A DNA stretch of 64,000 nucleotides from Macrostomum lignano (Eukaryota). Shown in pieces: positions 22,992 through 34,741 of the stretch; the first letter of the stretch is position 1, and every line of letters begins with the position of its first letter. The notes under the pieces were generated by a model that saw only the letters and a program-made list of their open reading frames with translations, did not search any database and was not told the DNA's origin. The translations under genes were made by a program, and so were the position numbers. The stretch is from contig NIVC01001204.1 in NCBI GenBank assembly GCA_002269645.1, positions 248,001-312,000 on the forward strand, written 5' to 3'.

Positions 22992-25900
22992 TTAGGGCGC
23001 GGGCCGGTCAGGGAGGTCTGCCGGTCCTGTCTGCAGCGTTGTCTTCGGTGGGGAAGACGGAGGCTCGCTTGGTGGCCCGGAGGAGCCGGATGAGCCGTGG
23101 GATGTTCTCGGGCCGGCAAACGTCGTCCAGGGACAGCCTGCCTTAGCGAGGGAGTCGGCGAGCTCGTTACCTTTGAAGCCGGCGTGTCCTGGGATCCACG
23201 TAAGCCGGACGGTGTTCCTCCGAGCCAGCTTGTTGAGCTGCCCGATACAGTCGCGGATTGTTCGGGAGTTCGTAGTGGTGTGACACAGGGCCTGCAAGGC
23301 GGCCTGGCTGTCAGAGTGGAAGAAAACTCTTCTGTCCTTGAAGTCCCTGCAGTGGAGCTCAGCTGCACAGGAGCTGATGGCAAGGACTTCGTTCTGGAAG
23401 ACGCTGGAGAGTCTGCCAGTGTGTTGGGCGTGAGTAGCGATCACGCGGCCATTGATAAGGATACAGACTCCAAAGCCGGATAAGCCGTCTTTGGAGGATC
23501 CGTCAGTAAAGCAGTGAACCTCCTGAGGGGCCCAGCTGTCGTTGGCGTTCTCCCTAGAGGGGATAGTGACCTTGAAGCCTTGGTAGAGATTGAGGGAGCG
23601 CGGCTCAGCGTCCGAAAGGACAGCCGCATTCCCACTCTCCTCCAGAACTTTAAGGCACAGGTCAGAGTGCGGCAGGAGCTTGCGCTTCGCCATCGCTCTT
23701 TGTGGCTTGAAGCTAACGCCAGCCTCGATGAGCCGGCGGGTGGTTTTAGCAGCCTCGCGACGGACAAAGATGTCCAGAGGCGGAAGGCAAAGAAAGGCGT
23801 TGAGGCCTTCAAAGGGAGCAGAGAGCGGGGCATTCAGGATCATGCGGCACGCGCGTCCCTGCACCTTTTTGAGGGCTTTGTGGCAGGTTTTAATCTGCAA
23901 GGCGCTGGTCCAGATCAGGCCGGCGTAAGTAACGGCCGGTCGGACCATTGTGGTATAGATCCACCAGAGCCGCTTCGGGGTGAGGCCCTAGGTGGTGCCG
24001 ACGGCTCTGCGCAGCTGCGCAAGAATCGCGAGGGCTTTTTGGTTTTGGCCTGGACGTGGGTGGATCAGCTCAGCCGGTGGTCCAGCGTAACGCCGAGACA
24101 CTTGGCTTGCTTGCAGGATGGGATTTCCACCCCGTAAAGCTTTAGTGGGCGAATACGCCAGTTAACCTTGCTGGTGAACATGATCGCGACAGTTTTGGTC
24201 TCAGAGAGCCTGAGGCCGCACCTGTCCGCCCATTGTTCAGCAGAGCGAATAAAGTCTTGCAGAAGGTCCCTAAGGGTTTCAGGTGACGGACCGGATGCCA
24301 CGGCTGTGACATCATCGGCGTAACCGACCTTAAGGATGGGGTCAAGATGGCTGTCCTGGAGGAGCTCATCGATGACCATGTTCCAGAGAACTGGAGAGAG
24401 GACACCGCCCTGGGGGCTGCCTTCGCAGACGGTTACCGTCCGTTAGTGGCCCAGCAGGTGTGCGGTGGCAGTACGGTGGCTGATCATATACATGATCCAC
24501 CGGGTGAGGTGCGAGTGGGTTCTTCTAGCACGTAGAGCTCTGTCGAAAGCCTCAAAGAGGACATTATCGAAGGCTCCAACAATGTCGAGGAAGACAGCGA
24601 GAGCGTGGCCATTGCCAAGAACGGCTTTCTCCAGCACGTCGACCAGGACATGAAGCGCGCTCTCCGTGGACCTGCCTGCCCGAAAGGCGTGCTGGTTCTC
24701 ACTGAGCGGCTTGTTCTTCAGTTCCACAGAGAGGAGGCGCCAGAGCACCAGTCTCTCTAACAGCTTCACCAGTGAGGAGGCGAGCCTATTTGGTCTGAAG
24801 GATTTAATGGACCGGATCCAGATCCAGATCCAGATCCAGAGCCGACCGGATCCAGTCCGGTCGGCCGGGCTTGGGGATAAAAACCACCTTGGCCTCGGTC
24901 CAGGGTTTCGGAACAAAGCCGAGAGCAATGCAAGCTTTCAGAAGCCGGCAAAGGTTCCTCAGGAAACCGGTGCATTTCACCGCCTCCCGCAGGAAGGCTG
25001 GCACAATGCCGTCCGGTCCTGGGGATTTGAAGGGTTTGAAGGAGGAGACTGCTTTAGTAACGCGGTCCTTCGTGATGATTGAGTCAGCCAGCACGTGACC
25101 GCCCACTGAGTGGTCAGTGGGATCGGGCCTGGCTGGCTCGTTCGGGAAAAACGCTGTTAGCATCGCTTCCAGTGTTTCTCCTGGGTTCTCAGTGAGCAAG
25201 CCGTCGGCTCTCTTGACTGAGGAGAGTTTGGACATTTTGTCCAGGGTGAGGGCTTTAACGATTCTGGAGGTGGGGCGGGAGCCCTCAAGTTCCTCACAGT
25301 ATTCGCGCCACTTGTTGGTTTTGGCGTTCCTAACCTGCCTCTTGAACTCGTGGATAGAGTTCAGGTAGGCGGTTTGGTCGGCCGGGTTTTTAGTTTTTTG
25401 GGCCCTGCGGTGAAGCCTTTTTGCTCTGCGACGGAGGTCGCCAAGCTGCGGGTTCCACCATGGGGCCGACTGTTTGCCTTTATATGCCTTTAGTGGGCAT
25501 GAGGCTTCGAAGGCAGCAGTGAGCGAGTCCGTAAGTGCGGCCGCAAATTCATCTGCTTCCTCGCAGGTGTTGATGGAGACTGGAGTGCTAGTGCAACGAT
25601 AGGTCTCCTCCAGGACAAGCCTGAAGGCGGTCCAATCGGTATTCCTAGCATTCCGTTTCCAGTAAAGCTGGCCTGCGTTTCGACCGCTGGTCAGAATGAA
25701 AGAGATGAACTTGTGATCGGAGAGGGACGCCTCAGGAAGCACCCGCCACTCCCTAGTGCTCTGGAAGAGCCTGGGCGTGGCGAGGGTGGCATCCAGCACC
25801 TCCGATCGGCGTCCGTTATTGAAGGTAGGGGTACTACCCGAGTTACAGAACTCAAGGGTTGTAGTAGCAATATAAGCCAGGAAGTCTTCACCTCTCTGGT

Positions 25901-26369
25901 TAATATCAGAACTGCCCCAGTGGGTGTGGTGGGCGTTGATATCGCCTGCCACAAGCAGCTCATAATTTCTGGTGGAGCAGAGCTCGACCAGTGTGACAAG
26001 CTCCCCTGGGATCATCTCGCCGTCGCCCGGTAGGTAAATCGAGGCGATGAGGGTAGTCCTCCCAGGGAGTATGTCTTCAGATTGGATGACGCAGATGTCC
26101 CTGGTGGACAGGTCCGATCTGAGCTATGCGTTAATAGAACTGGACACCATGATGCAGGATCTTGGTGTCAGGTTTCCCTCCCGGGTGCCAGCGGTTAAAC
26201 ACTGGTAGCCGGATGGGACATGTTGGGGCCTGCCCCTTAGCGTCCAAGGTTCCTGGATAAGGATAATCCCTGACGCGTATTGGTCAGTGTGCTTCAAGAG
26301 GTTGACCAAAGCAGCAATGCTGTGCTGCAGGTTGACCTGCAAGCAGTGGATGCCCTGGGAGACGGTCAT
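22992..26369 (-). pseudogene. LINE ORF2 (endonuclease, reverse transcriptase, RNase H) with stop and frameshifts
   Basis: Stop at 26124-26126, an (ATCCAG)n insertion at ~24810-24855, and further frameshifts between ORFs 24443-24928, 24065-24379 and 22992-23948. Confidence 0.9.
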
Positions 26370-26371
26370 GT

Positions 26372-26926
26372 CTACTGTCCAGGGGAGGAGAAAAGCAACT
26401 CATTCTCAGCCTCATCGGTGAGAGTTGAGTCGCCAGTTTCCATTGGCTCAGGCCCAGCCGCCTCCCCAGCTGCCGCGGAGGCGGACACGGCGCCCACGGC
26501 AGGTGAGTCACCTAGCCGCGCTACACCGCCCTCCCCCCCCCCAGCGACTGGGGTACGGCTGCTGCCTTCGCCTTGCGCCCCGCCGTCGGGAGTCTGAGCT
26601 CGGCCGGCAGCGTCCTCCTGGTGGTAATCCCACCAGTTGGAAGGCTGAGCCATGCCGTCGTCCAGTTCCCTCGGCTGGCTTTCAGTGTTTTTGCGAGCAG
26701 CACGAGTCTGCTCGAGGTGAAGTCTCAGAGACTGAGCTTCGTCAAGTGCGCGCTGGATTAGCCCGGACCGCCGGTTACTGCGGGCGGGTCTACGTCCGCG
26801 CGAGGCGGACTCAGCAGCGCGAATAGCCTTGTTAGGCTCGGGATCGGGTTGCTGCTGCCGCTTGGCCGGCGGAGCCTGATCCCCAGCTCCGGGAGCGGCG
26901 CGCTTCTCGTCGTTCTTGGTCTCCAC
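26372..26926 (-). CDS. LINE ORF1-position protein (184 aa, low complexity, no zinc knuckle seen)
   Basis: ATG-initiated ORF ending 2 bp before the ORF2 ATG. Confidence 0.55.
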   Translation of the reverse strand: METKNDEKRAAPGAGDQAPPAKRQQQPDPEPNKAIRAAESASRGRRPARSNRRSGLIQRALDEAQSLRLHLEQTRAARKNTESQPRELDDGMAQPSNWWDYHQEDAAGRAQTPDGGAQGEGSSRTPVAGGGEGGVARLGDSPAVGAVSASAAAGEAAGPEPMETGDSTLTDEAENELLFSSPGQ

Positions 26927-27193
26927 CTTGCCCTCCTCACAGCGGAGGATGGTCAGTTGATGGAGACCAAGGTGGAGGTTTGTGCCGTGCAGGGGTGCCG
27001 TAGCCCAGCGGTTCTAGCGCAGGCTCTGGTGTGCCAGCGACCCAGGCTCGATTCCAAGTGCAGTCACATTAATTTGGGGCTGAATTAGAATCACGGCTTG
27101 GCTCTGCTCGTGCAATTAACGGCCTTGAGAGCCAACACGCCAAGGCGCAGTGAAGTGTACATGCCTAACGATAAAATAAAGTTAGGGCCGCTG

Positions 27194-28313
27194 TAGAAGT
27201 CGTCAAGTTTCTCGTGCCACAAGTTGCTGACCAAGTAAACAGAGATCGCTGCTGCATCGACGCTGCCAAATCTGCTGCAAGAATTGGTCACTTGAAAGTC
27301 GTCAAGTTTCTCGTGCCACAAGTCGCTGACCAAGCAAACAGAGATCGCTGCTGCATCGACGCTGCCGAATCTGCTGTAGAATGTCGTCAGTGGGAAGTCA
27401 TCAAGTTTCTCGTTCCACAAATCGCTGACCAAGCAAACAGAGATCGCTGCTGCATCGACGCTGCCAAATCTGCTGTAAGAAATCGTCAGTGGGAAGTCGT
27501 CAAGTTTCTCGTGCCACAAATCGCTGACGAAGCAAACAGAGATCGCTGCTGCATCATAGCTGCTGAATCTGCTGCAATAAATGGTAATTTAAAAGTTGTT
27601 AAGTTTCTCGTGCCACAAGTCGCTGACCAAGCAAACAGAGATCGCTGCTGCATCGAAGCTGCCAAATCTGCTGCAAGAAATGGTCAATTAGAGGCTATAA
27701 AGTTCCTCATATCGTGTCTCTCAAGTCCGGATCAGAAAGCGAATCTGCATTTCCATTGCGCAGTCGCGGCTTGCTCTTGTCTTCGTGAAGATGTCGTTAC
27801 CTCCCTCGGCCTCGAGCCCGACTGGCTCTTCCAATCCAGCTCCATCCTCAGCTTCACTGCAGCAATGGCCATCGAAGGCAGGAACTCTGTTCTCACCGGC
27901 ACTCTCTCTCGAATGCAGCCAGCTCAAATCACACAGCTGCTCCGTCTTTCCATCTCTCAAAGACACGTCGCTCTTGCTGTCACACTGATCAATAAAAAGC
28001 GAGTCAGAAAAAAGCATGTCGATCTGCCAGACAGCACTGGAGCCACTGCTCTCATGCTGGCAGCTGATGCAGGTCATCACGAGCTCATTGAGAAACTCAT
28101 CGATCTCGGTGCGTCAGTGCATGCTGAAGACAGTCAGGGTCGGACTGCTCTGTCACGAGCGTGCGAAGCCGGTCACGTGCGAGCAGCCAAGGCTCTGATG
28201 GACAGAGGAGCGGATGCGAGTCATCGAGACGGTCGGGGTTTGACGTGTGCGCAGGTGGCACAGCGATTTGAGCAGCGGCAGGTGCTGCGGCTGCTGGATC
28301 TCAGTGGAGCGGG
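27194..28313 (+). CDS. ANK-cGLR copy 2, exon 1 (5'-truncated): at least 5 variant repeats plus canonical ankyrins; gene = join(<27194..28313,28784..29148,29433..30901)
   Basis: Homology begins mid-repeat at the LINE junction. Donor GG|GTGAGT at 28314 (phase 2). First in-frame ATG at 27865. Confidence 0.82.
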
Positions 28314-28783
28314 GTGAGTGGGCCGAGAAGTTTGCGAATCTTTTCAGTACTGTATCGTGTTGTAGTAAAGCATTTTGGTGATTTTATAAGGCATGAGAAT
28401 CTCAGACACAACTGTTGTAAGAACCCTGGCTTTTCTTCGCGCCTTGCAGAAGCCAAGAGGCCCGGCAGGCAGCTGCTCACAGCCTAAATTCGGACCTTTA
28501 TCGGTGAGTCTGACCTCTTCGGCTTTCACTGCCGCATTGCGCCTTCCAACAGGCTGGCAGCTTGGCGCAGAAATTGCAGCGAAACTTAGGAGAGTTGAGA
28601 TTGGGTTGGACTCTCAGCTCTCCTGCTTGAGATGCCAGTCTGAATGCTGCAGCAGCTTCAGTCTCAGCTCTCCTGCTTGAGATGCCTGTCTGAGTGCTGC
28701 AGCAGCTGCACTCTCAGCTCTCCTGCTTGATCTGTCCATCCAACTCTGAGCAAATCACCCACACGCATCTCGGATCATTCCAG

Positions 28784-29148
28784 GCTCTCAGACGACTCAC
28801 GGCAAGACAGGCGCCTCAGCGAGAAGCTGCATCGACTGCTCAGCAATGCGGGGTTCACCTGGCAGAGAGCAAAGTGTCAGCAGAGACTGGCTGACTTGCT
28901 GGAAGGAGTCGCTCGAGTCCTCACACAGGATGACAGGCTGATGACGGGCAGCTACGCAGAGGGCTGGGCCAACAGTCTGGTGCAAGTGAACGGCAGGACA
29001 GCTGCAGACTCGGACATTGACTGGACTGTGGTGGTTGCTGGGCAAAAGTTCCATCTGGCAGGTGGCTGCAAAAGAAATACGGACTCCTGCAGAGACGCCA
29101 CTCGTCTGAAGGTCACGGAAGGCCACGCACAGGTGGCAGTGGGAGCAG
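28784..29148 (+). CDS. ANK-cGLR copy 2, exon 2: nucleotidyltransferase motif
   Basis: 365 nt, ATTCCAG|G acceptor, GCAG|GTGAGT donor. GSYAEG...DSDID intact. Confidence 0.85.
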
Positions 29149-29432
29149 GTGAGTGAGGCTGAGTAAATCATACGAAAACGACGAGCATCAATCAAACAGT
29201 AACTTAAATCACACATTTTTCATATTTTTCTAAATAATATCAAATGAATACTTTCTCCTTCTGTTCATCCAAGCGCATCTACAAAAATATAATACTTTTC
29301 TCCATTCAGTAATAACAGTAGTAGCACTAACACGGGAGCAGAACAAAGTCAATTAACAAAATCAAACAGTTTCAAACCAACCCATGTTTTTCACTCCCCT
29401 CAAAGCGACTTTCCTCTTATTGCCCTCTGCAG

Positions 29433-30901
29433 GCAGCCAACCTGCAGCCACAGCCACGGCGTGCGGTGTGCGGCCTGCACAGGACACGTGCCATGCGATC
29501 GACTGCTGCAGCAGTTTCTGTGAGGACAGATATAAAAAACTGCTTTTATTGGCTGTTGATGTTCACCTCGTTCAGGCGACCAGACCGAGCTCGACCAACG
29601 AGCTTAGAGTGAGCTTCAGCTTTCATGAGAAACGCATCATGAGAAACCTGAGCACAGTCCAGGGCCAGCTGTTCACACTCATCAAGTTCATCTTCAAGAG
29701 ACACTTGCCGCTCACTCTGGACACACCTGGACTCAAGACCTACCATGCAAAGACTCTGCTCTTCGCAATGTTGGAGAAGCATGGCACAAATCCTCAAACT
29801 AAGGCTTGGCAGCCCCACAATCTGATCGCTCTGCTCAAGGAGTCTCTCGACATGATGCTGAGCTTCATCGACTCGAGCAGCTCGCCCGATGAGTGCATGC
29901 CGCACTTCTTCATGCCCGACGCTCCGCTCTACTTCAAGAACGCTGGAATCGGCGGCGACTTCGACAACACGAAGGCGAGGGTTCGAGACCGACTTCGTGA
30001 GCTGAGAAGCAACATTGGCGGAGTGGTCGAGCAGCTAAGGAGACTCGTGAGACCTCTGCAGTCAGAGAAGTTCTACTTTCACCCGTTCACTCTGCTGCCT
30101 CTGACAGCGCCGCCTGCTGTCACGGAGATCAGGAAGGGAAGTGATCGCTGTCCAGAAATGTACAACAAGTTCGCAGACGTGTACAGTGTGTTGCACCAGT
30201 GTGTGAGCGAGCTGCAGTCGGAATCGAGCGACAGAGACACCCTGATGAGGCAGCTCAGTCTTCTAAATGAGCTGCAGTGGTGCAAGTGCGCCGCCCTGTG
30301 CATGACCGCCATGGCGCGCTTGAAGTTCGGAGAATCTGAGGTGGCTGAGGGACTCGCGATGGAGCTGCAGAGACATCAGGTTGAGTCAGGATTGAAGCCA
30401 CAGGATATTCGAGAAAACGTAGAAAACGATATAATAGTGCCAGAAAACACAGACTGGGCGTGGAGGTTCTGCCTCCCCTGCGACTCTACACCTCGCTTCC
30501 CATTCCTTCCCGAGTTCACGCAGACTCTGTTCACAGCCAGACTGTCGCAGCCTCTCTCCTCCCACCTGTACGTGAACTTCCGCTGCCTGAGCTGGAGTCT
30601 CCAAGCTGAGCTGCTCCGCAATCGCGCACCTGCAATTAAACTGGAGGATTGGAAGCAAGAGCTGGAAGAAGACCCGGACTTGGAGGAGCTGCTCTCTCTG
30701 GCTCACTACAGCGACTGCCGCGAGCACGTGGAGCTCAGCCTGCAGCAGATGGAGATGATTGAGAAAGAGAGACGCGTCGCCATAGAGACACAAGACGAGG
30801 AGAAGATCGGCTGGGTCAGGTGGAAGCTGGAGCGACTTGATGAAGCCCGCCAGAGTCCTCAAAGTCGAGTCGCAAAGTCGAGGTCGGAAAAGGAAGACTG
30901 A
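29433..30901 (+). CDS. ANK-cGLR copy 2, exon 3: Mab-21/cGAS-like domain
   Basis: CTCTGCAG|GC acceptor, the same Mab-21 motifs as copy 1, open to TGA at 30901. Confidence 0.88.
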
Positions 30902-30999
30902 ATCGGAATATTTCTAATTTAGCAATGAAAATGCTGCTTCGGTTTGCCTGCTATTTAGGAAATGAGCACATCGAACGCCATCCAGTGCCAGCAGCCCTC

Positions 31000-31867
31000 T
31001 ATAAGACTCTAGCCGGCCGCTAACTAGAACCTTACATATGATTAATAGTAACTCAAACGAGGTAGAATATGCTTGGATGTTATTTACCGATCAATCATAT
31101 AATTATATTTACTACTGCCATTTTACTGTTTATATAAATAAGAAAATAAGCAAATAAGCGAGTTACAAGCAGGGAGAATAAGTCTGAGACACAACGGTAT
31201 AACTAAGCTACTCATATACTCCTATTAATCTATTATTATATATATGAATAAATTACGCCTATCTACTTGGTCTGAGACCGATACGCTACTATTCATAAAT
31301 CTATAGTCATGGCAGTGCTCAGTCTTACCCTCCGGTCACAGGTGTCTGCAGAAGCAGTAGTCGCGATTTACAAACTATTTTAAGCAATCCAAAAGTTAAT
31401 ACAAGGCGTGTAAAAAGAGTGAAAAGAGAGTGAGAGAAAGTAAAGTTTTAGACATTTAACCCCTCGCTTATTTATAGTAAATTTCCCCGATGGAGTCCCT
31501 ATGAAACTGTCTGCGTTATCATTTCCCACGTCTTCCAGCCACCGCGCAATTCCGGCCGATTCTCACGGTTCCCCTCTCTCGTGCGATTTCTGAAATGTCT
31601 CTGTTTTAAAATATAATTGAACCCCGCCCCACATAAAGGCATACAACCCCTCTAAAGTGGAAGCAGACTTTTAGGGCGGCCTGCACTCGCCCTTTGCAAT
31701 GCCGTCATCAAGCACTTGTGGCTTTTTGTAAGAGTGCAGCTGTCCACAACTGCTACACTCCACCACGCTCTGATAACAATGCAATTCCCTAATTTCCTAA
31801 ATCCTAAGTCCTATTCCTAATAGTTCCTACGATAGTCCCTACATATCGGTTGATTAACATCCTTATA
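31000..31867 (-). mobile_element. 868-bp insertion, probably a solo LTR, with TATAAG...CTTATA termini and 5-bp TSD CCCTC
   Basis: CCCTC at 30995-30999 and 31868-31872. The paralogous empty site (reverse complement of ~39475-39490, CAGCCCTCCTGC) has one CCCTC. TATAAATA-like box on the minus strand near 31470. Confidence 0.75.
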
Positions 31868-32092
31868 CCCTCCTGCTATTAACTGTAGTTTTTCACATTT
31901 GTGTTGCAATTCAATTCTCACTTCATCCTGAATTGCCTTTTCCCTTCAAACTGCGTGTCTGATTTGATGCGGGCTTTTCTCTGCGATTTTGTTCTGCGGA
32001 CTTCAATACCCAATTGCCAATGCTGTTTCATGAAATATTCAAGCCAAATGCACAGGTAGCTGTTATCTGCATGAACCTAGGAAATTCAAAGG

Positions 32093-32160
32093 TCGTCTGG
32101 GTCAGGCAGAAGCTGGAGAGACTTGATGCAGCAGCTTGAGTTGAACTCGGAATTCTGTGA
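32093..32160 (+). pseudogene. Relic copy-1-type cGLR 3' end (WVRQKLERLDAAA*VELGIL)
   Basis: Matches the last codons of copy 1 (GWVRQKLERLDAAASVELVIL) and is followed by copy-1-like 3' flank. Mirrored at ~39269-39336. Confidence 0.75.
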
Positions 32161-33167
32161 GAGCTTCTCTGGCTTTTGCGCGAGCTTTTTGAGAAATTTT
32201 AATGTGAATATTTTTGATAATGTTTTAGATGCACTTTTATGGCTTAAATATTGTGTGTTAATGCGCCTGGGTTATTTAAGCACCTGCTCTCAGAATTAAC
32301 TCTATTAGTGTGAAAATTGATTTTCTGAAGTATTTTCATTGTGTACTCATGTACCCTGCAGCTCCTTCATGAACATTCAGTGTCTGAAATTCACGAAAAG
32401 TAGCTATGTACCACCCAATGCGATCAAAACTGAAAAGTACTACAAAAGCCCACGTTAACCAAGCAAGAAGCTCCCTCGTCCTTTCTCGCTCTTGCCTCAG
32501 TTAGCTTCTGTTAGCTATCTAAGAATCACTTTTGATTGAAACAGTTAGGGTCTCAACTCAAACACCAAAACTGATAAATTGACCCATTGAAACCATTGAA
32601 ACCAATCTAAAAGACAATCCCTACCCCACAATAGACTGAACCTTCGGTTCATTCAAACAACCAGAACCCATTGTAATTTGAACCGAACGAGCTTCTTATT
32701 TGGAATTCCATCCTAGACATTATATTTTGTAAGATAACATCTTGAGTTTGTGACCATCAAGTACAACGGTCTGTAAGTAACCATCAAGTGTTTGCATTAT
32801 CAGAAAAAGTCAGTTGAATCCGCCGCCTCAGTTATTTGGCTCTCACATTGATACTTGAACTAGATCTAGAGCCACAAGAGTTAGAGACCAGAACAACAAC
32901 ATATTTAAAATATTTCACCAGTGCGAACTTCAGCCGGCCATCCGGGATACCAGGAGGCTGCTGCAGATCCCCCAAGTTATTGCAATTTGCCTTTCTCGAC
33001 TCCCCCCTCAGGCAGCAGAGATTCCGCGCACTGATAAGCTGGAGCCGATCATCAGCCAAGGACCACCACGGGAGTGAGACACGAAGCCCCCCTCTCCCTT
33101 CCTTTTGCACCTTTCGATTTCGTTACAAATCCTCTCCATCATTAGAAAGCTTGTAGGACGGAATTAC

Positions 33168-33756
33168 TCTCCTCTCTTCTCCTCTCCTCTCCTCTCCTCT
33201 CCTCTCCTCTCTTCTCCTCTCCTCCCTCTCCTCTCCTCTCCTCCCCTCTCCTCTCCTCTCCTCTCCTCCCTCTCCTCTCCTCTCCTCTCCTCTCCTCTCC
33301 TCTCTTCTCCTCTCCTCTCCTCTCCTCTCCTCTCCTCTCCTCTTCTCCCTCTCCTCTCTTCTCCTCTCCTCTCCTCTTCTCCTCTCTCCTCTCTTCTCCT
33401 CTCCTCTCCTCTCCTCTCCTCTTCTCCCCTCTCCTCTCTTCTCCTCTCCTCTCCTCTTCTCCCCTCTCCTCTCCTCTTCTCCCCTCTCCTCTCCTCTCCT
33501 CTCCTCTCCTCTCCTCTCCTCTCCTCTCTCCTCTCCTCTCCTCTCCTCTCCTCTCCTCTTCTCCCCTCTCCTCTCTTCTCCTCTCCTCTCCTCTTCTCCT
33601 CTCTCCTCTCCTCTCCTCTCCTCTCCTCTCCTCTCTTCTCCTCTCCTCCCCTCTCCTCTCCTCTCCTCCCCTCTCCTCTCCTCTCCTCTCCTCCCCTCTC
33701 CTCTCCTCTCCTCTCCTCTCCTCTCTTCTCCTCTCCTCTCCTCTCCTCTCCTCTCT
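33168..33756. repeat. (CTCTC)n microsatellite, ~590 bp
   Basis: Direct reading. The mirrored tract at ~38097-38260 is only ~165 bp. Confidence 0.95.
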
Positions 33757-34741
33757 CTATTGCCTTTATTATAAAGTCCTTATCTTCACTATTATGGCTG
33801 AGGCGTGTCTGTCAGTCCGGTTTTTTACAACATCGATCTGTCTAGGACTTTTTTCCGATCTCCCAACTCTCAGGCCCAGTCTACCGCCGCTTCGCTGACT
33901 ACGAGCATAGATGATTTTGCTTCTCTCTATTACGAGTTATGTTTAGTCTCGCCGGTCTCCGGTGAATTTGAGCCGTGATCACGAAACACTTGTTTCGAAA
34001 ACACTCGATTTTTAGACCGAAATTCAGCTTTGGTCACGTAGATGATCGAGAGACCGTTCCTTCTTTTATAACATTTTCTAAATGACTCTCGTGCTCCAAC
34101 CGTGCTCAATAGCCGTAATTTTAGAATGCTGAAGTTTTAAACTGAGTTTTACTGTAGTTTTAATTATGAATTAGCTCTCCTATTAATCTGCAGTTCGGAT
34201 ATTTTAGATTTCAAATCAAATAAAAAGTTGGACGCTTCATAGTTGAAGACCATTGAAAAAAGCCGCGAGATCTGATGCACTTCTTGCCAAGACGTTCATT
34301 ACTCAATCTACAGGACGCAGAAGCAAAACGCTTCCTGAAGAGGTGATAAAATACGAATTGATAAATAGCTTAATAGATTATTGTATGATAAGTCTCTTCT
34401 TGAGTTCTCTATGCACGGAGGGTTTGACGCCTGAATAACCAGCTCTCCATGCTTCGATGCGATGCTGCTGCCGCATCTTCTGCCACACCAGTGCGGGGTT
34501 GTCACTAAGATCCTCATCGGAACCCGCTAGAGAGCCTTATTTTTAGTTTGTTGGGTCTCAAACAAAACAAAAAAGCAAGATTCAAACAACTTAGATTCTG
34601 TCTGCATCAAGTCACCACCCTCTCCCCTCGAAGTATATTCCTCACTTAAGCATATCAGTTAGGCTCTGGAAGCTTTTAGCTGCTCTTTTTCAAATTGGCC
34701 GAATCGAAGGTGCGGAGAATGCGAGCCTTTCATGTTGCCAT

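Larger units (their letters stand above)
22905..27193 (-). mobile_element. Non-LTR retrotransposon, LOA/R1-like (APE-RT-RNase H), degenerate
   Basis: APE (QVNLQHS, IQEPW, GDINAHH..WGS, SDH), RT (KSFRP, QHAF, VFLDIVGAFD, QGGVLSP, GYADDV) and RNase H (FTDGS, SDSQAAL, WIPGH.GFKGNELAD). The 3' end carries a short (AAGTC)2 tandem. No TSD found. Confidence 0.9.
32082..34741 (+). repeat. Left arm of near-identical inverted repeat (partner 37113-39347)
   Basis: Reverse complement matches the right arm with rare mismatches (e.g. 32206, 34670). The length difference is due to the CTCTC tract. Confidence 0.95.

Noticed and set aside
33105-33845. Leu/Ser/Pro-rich 246-aa ORF
   Set aside because: Translation of (CTCTC)n; the length differs in the mirrored arm.
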